Assembly: GCF_036321535.1 (NCBI RefSeq)
Contig: NC_087471.1
Span: 5,022,001-5,086,000, forward strand
Length of the DNA: 64,000 nucleotides
DNA from: Camelus dromedarius
Taxonomy: Eukaryota
Reading direction: 5' to 3'
Shown here piece by piece: positions 59,560 to 64,000 of the stretch. A program made the position numbers and the translations under genes. Numbering within the stretch: the first letter of the stretch is position 1; every line of letters starts with the position of its first letter. Below the pieces are notes generated by a model. The model had not been told where the DNA came from. It did no database searches and was given only the letters and a program-made list of their open reading frames with translations.

Positions 59560-60203
59560 GGGAGGCAGCGAGACAGAGCCGGCGAGAGACAGGACAGAAC
59601 TAGAGGGACAGGGACAGAGGCGGGAGAGAGCGAGGGTCCGAGAAAGGGGGACAGGGAGACGCAGGCGGGTCTGCGAGACGCGGTCCGAGACCAAGGGGTC
59701 GAGCGAGGCGGAGGCGGCGCGATCGACCCGACGGCGTGCCCCGCGGCCCGGGATGGGGCTCGGGCGGGAACCCCCGGGGCCCGGCGCCCCCCTCCCCGGC
59801 CCCGCCGTCGCGCGCCCCGCGCCGCCGGAGCCCCCTCCCGGCCGGCCGGCTCCGCGCCCTCCCCGCCTCCGGCTGGCGCGCGTCCCGGCCCGGCCGAGCA
59901 CGGTCCCGGCCCCGAGGGGGGCCGAGCTCCCGGCGAAAACCCGCCCTCCAGCGAGCTCATTTCCCTAACGAGGGGGAGAGGGAGGGAGGGAGAGAAGGAA
60001 AGAGACGGAAAGAAGGGAAGGGAGAGCGGAGAAGCCGGGCCGGAGAGGGGGCGGGAGACAGGAAGGAGGGAGGGCGCGGAGAGGGAAGGGGGAGAGGTAG
60101 GGAGAGCGCGGGGGGAGAGCGGGCGGCCGGGAGCGCCCTCCCCTCGCCGCCAGTCCTCCGCTTCCCCTCTCGCCCGCTCCCGCGTCCGGGCGCGACCCGC
60201 CGC

Positions 60204-60234
<31 letters not shown>

Positions 60235-60560
60235 ACCGCCACCGCGCCCGCCGCCGCGCCCGCCGCGCCCGCCAGCATGCCCGGCGTGGCCCGCCCGCCG
60301 CTGCCGCTGCTGCTCTGGCTGCTGCTGCTGCTCGCGCGCCCGGGCCGGCCGCTCGATTTGGCCGACTACACCTATGACCTGGGGGAGGAGGACGACGCGG
60401 AGCCCCTCAATTACAAAGACCCCTGCAAGGCGGGTAGGCGCCCCCTACCCCGCCGGCCGGCCCCGGGGCGCCAGGGCCCGGCGCGGGCGGGCGGGCCCGG
60501 CCGGGAGGGAGGCGCGGGCTGCCGAGAGTTCGGGGTTGGGGGAGGACAGTCCGGTGTGGG
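59560..60560. promoter_or_regulatory. CpG-island promoter of BMP1
   Basis: CpG-dense, with GC boxes, a purine-rich tract and a (GCC)n-rich leader at about 60199-60275. Confidence 0.85.
60277..60433 (+). CDS. BMP1: Bone morphogenetic protein 1 / procollagen C-proteinase, coding exon 1 only (gene continues beyond the window)
   Basis: [52 protein letters not shown] then G|GTAGG donor; strong Kozak context (agcATGc). No further exon recognised before 64000. Confidence 0.96.
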
Positions 60561-60790
60561 AAGCCGGGAGCTGCCTGGTTGGCAATGCAGTGGGGAACAA
60601 AAGAAAGAGGAAGAGAGGGAGTGGAAGTTTGGAGGAATTATAGGAACTGAAGTTTTGCCGCTGTTAGTGGGAGCTGCTGTGACTGCCTATGGTCTTTCCC
60701 AGAGAATTCCTCCTCGGTCCCGGTCCCGGTCCCGGTCGAAACCTGCGGCCAAGGAGGCTTTTCCTCCTACTGGAAACTTTTTGGGCCAAA

Positions 60791-60793
<3 letters not shown>

Positions 60794-60850
<57 letters not shown>

Positions 60851-60860
60851 CGTGTGTGCG
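60794..60860. repeat. (TG)n/(CG)n microsatellite in BMP1 intron 1
   Basis: About 23 perfect TG units, then cgcgcgtgtgcgtgtgtgcg. Confidence 0.95.
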
Positions 60861-61784
60861 CTCACACTTTTCCCTTCTCCCCCATCCTGGGCTCCAGCAC
60901 ACTGGTGTTTTCCAGCCTTTCTGTCTGGGCTTCCCTGAGTCTGCACATCTGTCTGGCTGGGTTCAGGGAGGCCTACCTCTCCAAAGAGCAGGTCTGCTGA
61001 GGCCCCCACCCAGCCCAAGTGGAAGAAGAAAGTTTTTCAAGGGATCCTCTGAGATCATGCTCCCTGGGGATGCATGTTCCTCACCAGCAGCAGCAGCTTT
61101 CTGAGACCACGGAGACAGCTGTCAAAGTCAGAGAAGCCAGCCTAGGAGGGGGATTTACTTCTGCCCTTGTGTGCTAGAAGAGGCCCCTACCGAGGCCAAG
61201 ATGTGGTGGAAAGGGAGAACTAGGGGCACTCAGATACTCTGTATCAGCTCTCTCCATCCACAGACCCTGGAGGCCAATTAGCCCAGGTCAGGGCCCTGGG
61301 TGTATATGTGTGTGTGTTCTTTGTCCTTGAAGACCCTGTGTAACCCCTTCATTCCTACTGGGCCCAGAGCGGTCCTGCCCCTAGAGTGACCAGATGGTCA
61401 TGCACTCCAGCCGTTTGCCTGATTGGATGACCCTGAACTGGCTGCCTGGGACATGAGAACACACAGGGCATAAGATATCAGAACCTTTCTTCAAGTTCTT
61501 GCCTCTGACTTCAGACTGTCTCCAAATAGCCAGAGCCAGGGACAGTGGCACAGTGCCTGGAGTTGGGGGCACAGGGGGTTGGGGGCAGGTTGCTCTGGTC
61601 CTGACCCAGGAACCCCTCTTTGGGTGGCTAGATCACAGCAAACTGCAGCAGTGGGGGACTTTCCAGTGGGAGGAGGAGAAGCCAATCCCCCCAGCCCTTC
61701 CTCCTCCACCCCTGCTGGGTTGTGAGGAAACCGGACGTTAGCTGCCATCTTTCTCATGGGCTTGGGGTGGACATGAGCCTGAGT

Positions 61785-62020
61785 GGACAGAGCGTGGGCT
61801 TTGGAGGGAGACGGTCCTAGCTCTCAATCCTGGACCCACCACTCATTAGCCGTAGCATCTTGGGAATGTTAATTACTGTATCTGAACATTGCTTTTCTCA
61901 CCTGTAAAATGGAACTGCTAATACGTTTCCCTGTAGAGTTGGTGGTAGGGATTGAGTTGTGAGAACATAAATAAAATGCGTATTAGAGCTTAACACTCAA
62001 TAAGCACTAAATAAATGTTG
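61785..62020. mobile_element. MIR SINE in BMP1 intron 1
   Basis: tgggctttggagggagac...ttttctcacctgtaaaatgg...taacactcaataagcactaaataaatgtt. Confidence 0.75.
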
Positions 62021-64000
62021 GTGGCCTACCCCGTTTTCTGTGCCTCACGCGCTTCATTTTTTTTTTTCTTTTTTGAGGGAATAGGCTAGGTTTTCAGGAA
62101 AAGGGAGTATCTCCCTGACCCTGTCCTTCATTCACTTGATCTATATTTACTGAGTGCCTAGAGATGCCAGGCCCTGGGCTTGGTGTTTGGGGAGATACGG
62201 AGAATTGTAAGTTCTTCTCCCTGCCCTCAGTCCAGAAAGGGCACAAAACGTATGCGGATGTAGCCAACTGCACAAACCAAGGTATGTTATGTGCCACCTT
62301 GGAGGGAAGGCTCCCTTAAGTCTCAAGGAGCCTGTCTGCCCTCTGCAGCCCTAGTGGTGGTGGTGGCAGAGAAGCAGCGATCACAGCAGGCTTGGGAGGA
62401 CTTCGTGCAGGAGGAAGGCTGGGGCAAGGCCTTAAAGGATAGGTCGGAAGCCAATCTATGTATTTCACTGCTAGTTGGAAATTGGAGCGATTTTCAATTT
62501 TTGGAGCAGCAGGAGGCTGAGGGCTCTATTCCCTAGTTTCAGATTTCATGCTAGGGTGGGGCTAGCTGAGTTGGAACTTCAAATACAGACTCTGGAGAAA
62601 GTTCTCCAGGAGGGTGAGCGAGGCTCGTGGGGAGCTGGGCCAGGCCTGGGGGTAGCGAAGAGGGCCCAAGAGCCTGTCAAGGCCAAGGTCAGACCAGGCC
62701 TCTCTGCTGGGTGTGACTGGTACAGCCCTGCCTCCCTCTGTCCTGACTCCGTAAGACCCCACACTGACACCCTCAGGCCTTAGGTCCCCAGGCTCTAGAG
62801 GACCAAGGATGAAAGCCCCATTACACCCTGGCTCACCTGTGATCTCTCAGGAGAGCCAGGCTTCTTCATTTGAGGTCACCTCTTGGTGTCACTGTCGAGA
62901 GTTATGGTTACTGTTGCAGTAAGGACAGAATGGAGACCCTTGACGCCCAGAGGTTCAGATCTTCTGGGCAAGAGCAGAACAATGGGCAGGAAGCCAAGCT
63001 GGCCTGTGTGGGCTCTGAGCTGGTTCCACCAAGCCCCCCCCCCCGAGGGAGATTGCAAGTCAGCCCTGATTTCTTGTACATGGGGGATGCCAGACCACCA
63101 AGAGGATGCTTCCCCAAGATTCCCCACTCCATTTGGCTGCCCCAGGTGACTTGATAGTGACCTTCAGGGCTCTGGGAGAGACCTTGGCGATGGGAATTGG
63201 GACACAGGTGCTCCCATCAGCAGAGAAGCTCACAGAGACTGTTCCTGAGCCAGTGAGGACCTCACTTCAGCCTCAGGTAGCAGCTCAGAGGCCCGCTTTT
63301 AGGAGGTGAAGTGGGCCCGTAGCTCACCAGCCCTTGTCAGCATCCTCATCCCAGGGGCTTTGGAGCCCAGGTTTGGGCTTCAGGGGGCCTCAGAGGAGTA
63401 GGTTGTAGGCTCTGGAAGTTGAGAAGTAATTCCTTCTCTTGCCAGACCACACTCCCCCTCCAGACACTCTGAATGAGTCACCCACCCACCTCTACCCTGC
63501 TCCCTGACTCACCTTCTCTTTTAGGTGCCCCAAGGGAGGGGGAAAAGTCTCCCAATCTTCCTGGGCTCCAGAGGGAGGGGGACCAATGAGACTCCCCCGG
63601 AAGAAGGAACTCTCAAAGATTCTAGTTTCTCCAGAGATTTGGGGACGAGGTATTGGGGGAGGGAGCGGAATGCATCACTTCTCAGGCCACTAAGGACTAT
63701 CCTAAGGCTATCCAGGGGCATCAGCTGATTTCTCTCTCCCTCTCTCTTTTTCTCCCCTCTCCGCTTCCAAAGGCGCCCTTCTCCTTCGGGGGTGTGGCCT
63801 GTGAAATGGGGTGCGCCCTTGCAGTTCTTCGTGTTTGAAAACACTAGGGCTTTCGCAGGGAAGCAGTCAAGGGTGTGCTCTTGCACATTTGTGGGTACGC
63901 TCCTGCTTTGTGGGCGAGTCTGTTCAGCTGTGCGTGTGGGTACACCTGAGTGCCAGCAAGTGTGCACCAGGGCATACATGTGTACCTGTGACTACACGCA

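Noticed and set aside
60434-61104. Extension of the BMP1 exon-1 ORF to 275 aa
   Set aside because: Read-through past the GT donor at 60434 into intron 1, including the TG microsatellite (poly-CV).

Overview
Mammalian genomic window syntenic with human 8p21.3. It is probably from a camelid, inferred only from the tRNA-derived SINE type. Gene order, each gene rebuilt exon by exon from splice sites and translation: FHIP2B/FAM160B2 (+, last 11 coding exons), NUDT18 (-, complete, 323 aa), HR/hairless (-, 18 coding exons, 1181 aa), REEP4 (-, 257 aa), LGI3 (-, 548 aa), an RPL17 processed pseudogene (+) with a nested SINE, SFTPC (+, 190 aa) and BMP1 exon 1 (+). Four N-gaps interrupt the GC-rich HR first exon and promoter. 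By position, the first gap should hide the disease-relevant uORF peptide HRURF (U2HR). Most long ORFs in the supplied track are GC-rich or antisense artefacts. I found no unequivocally new gene system. The best leads are regulatory or structural: the HR uORF set including a TGATG stop/start overlap, a dense cluster of K50-homeodomain (OTX/CRX/PITX) sites between HR and REEP4, a TSD-flanked RPL17 retrocopy about 650 bp upstream of the SFTPC TATA box, and a possible lineage-specific in-frame alternative acceptor in SFTPC. Comparisons with human and mouse proteins are from memory and need database confirmation.
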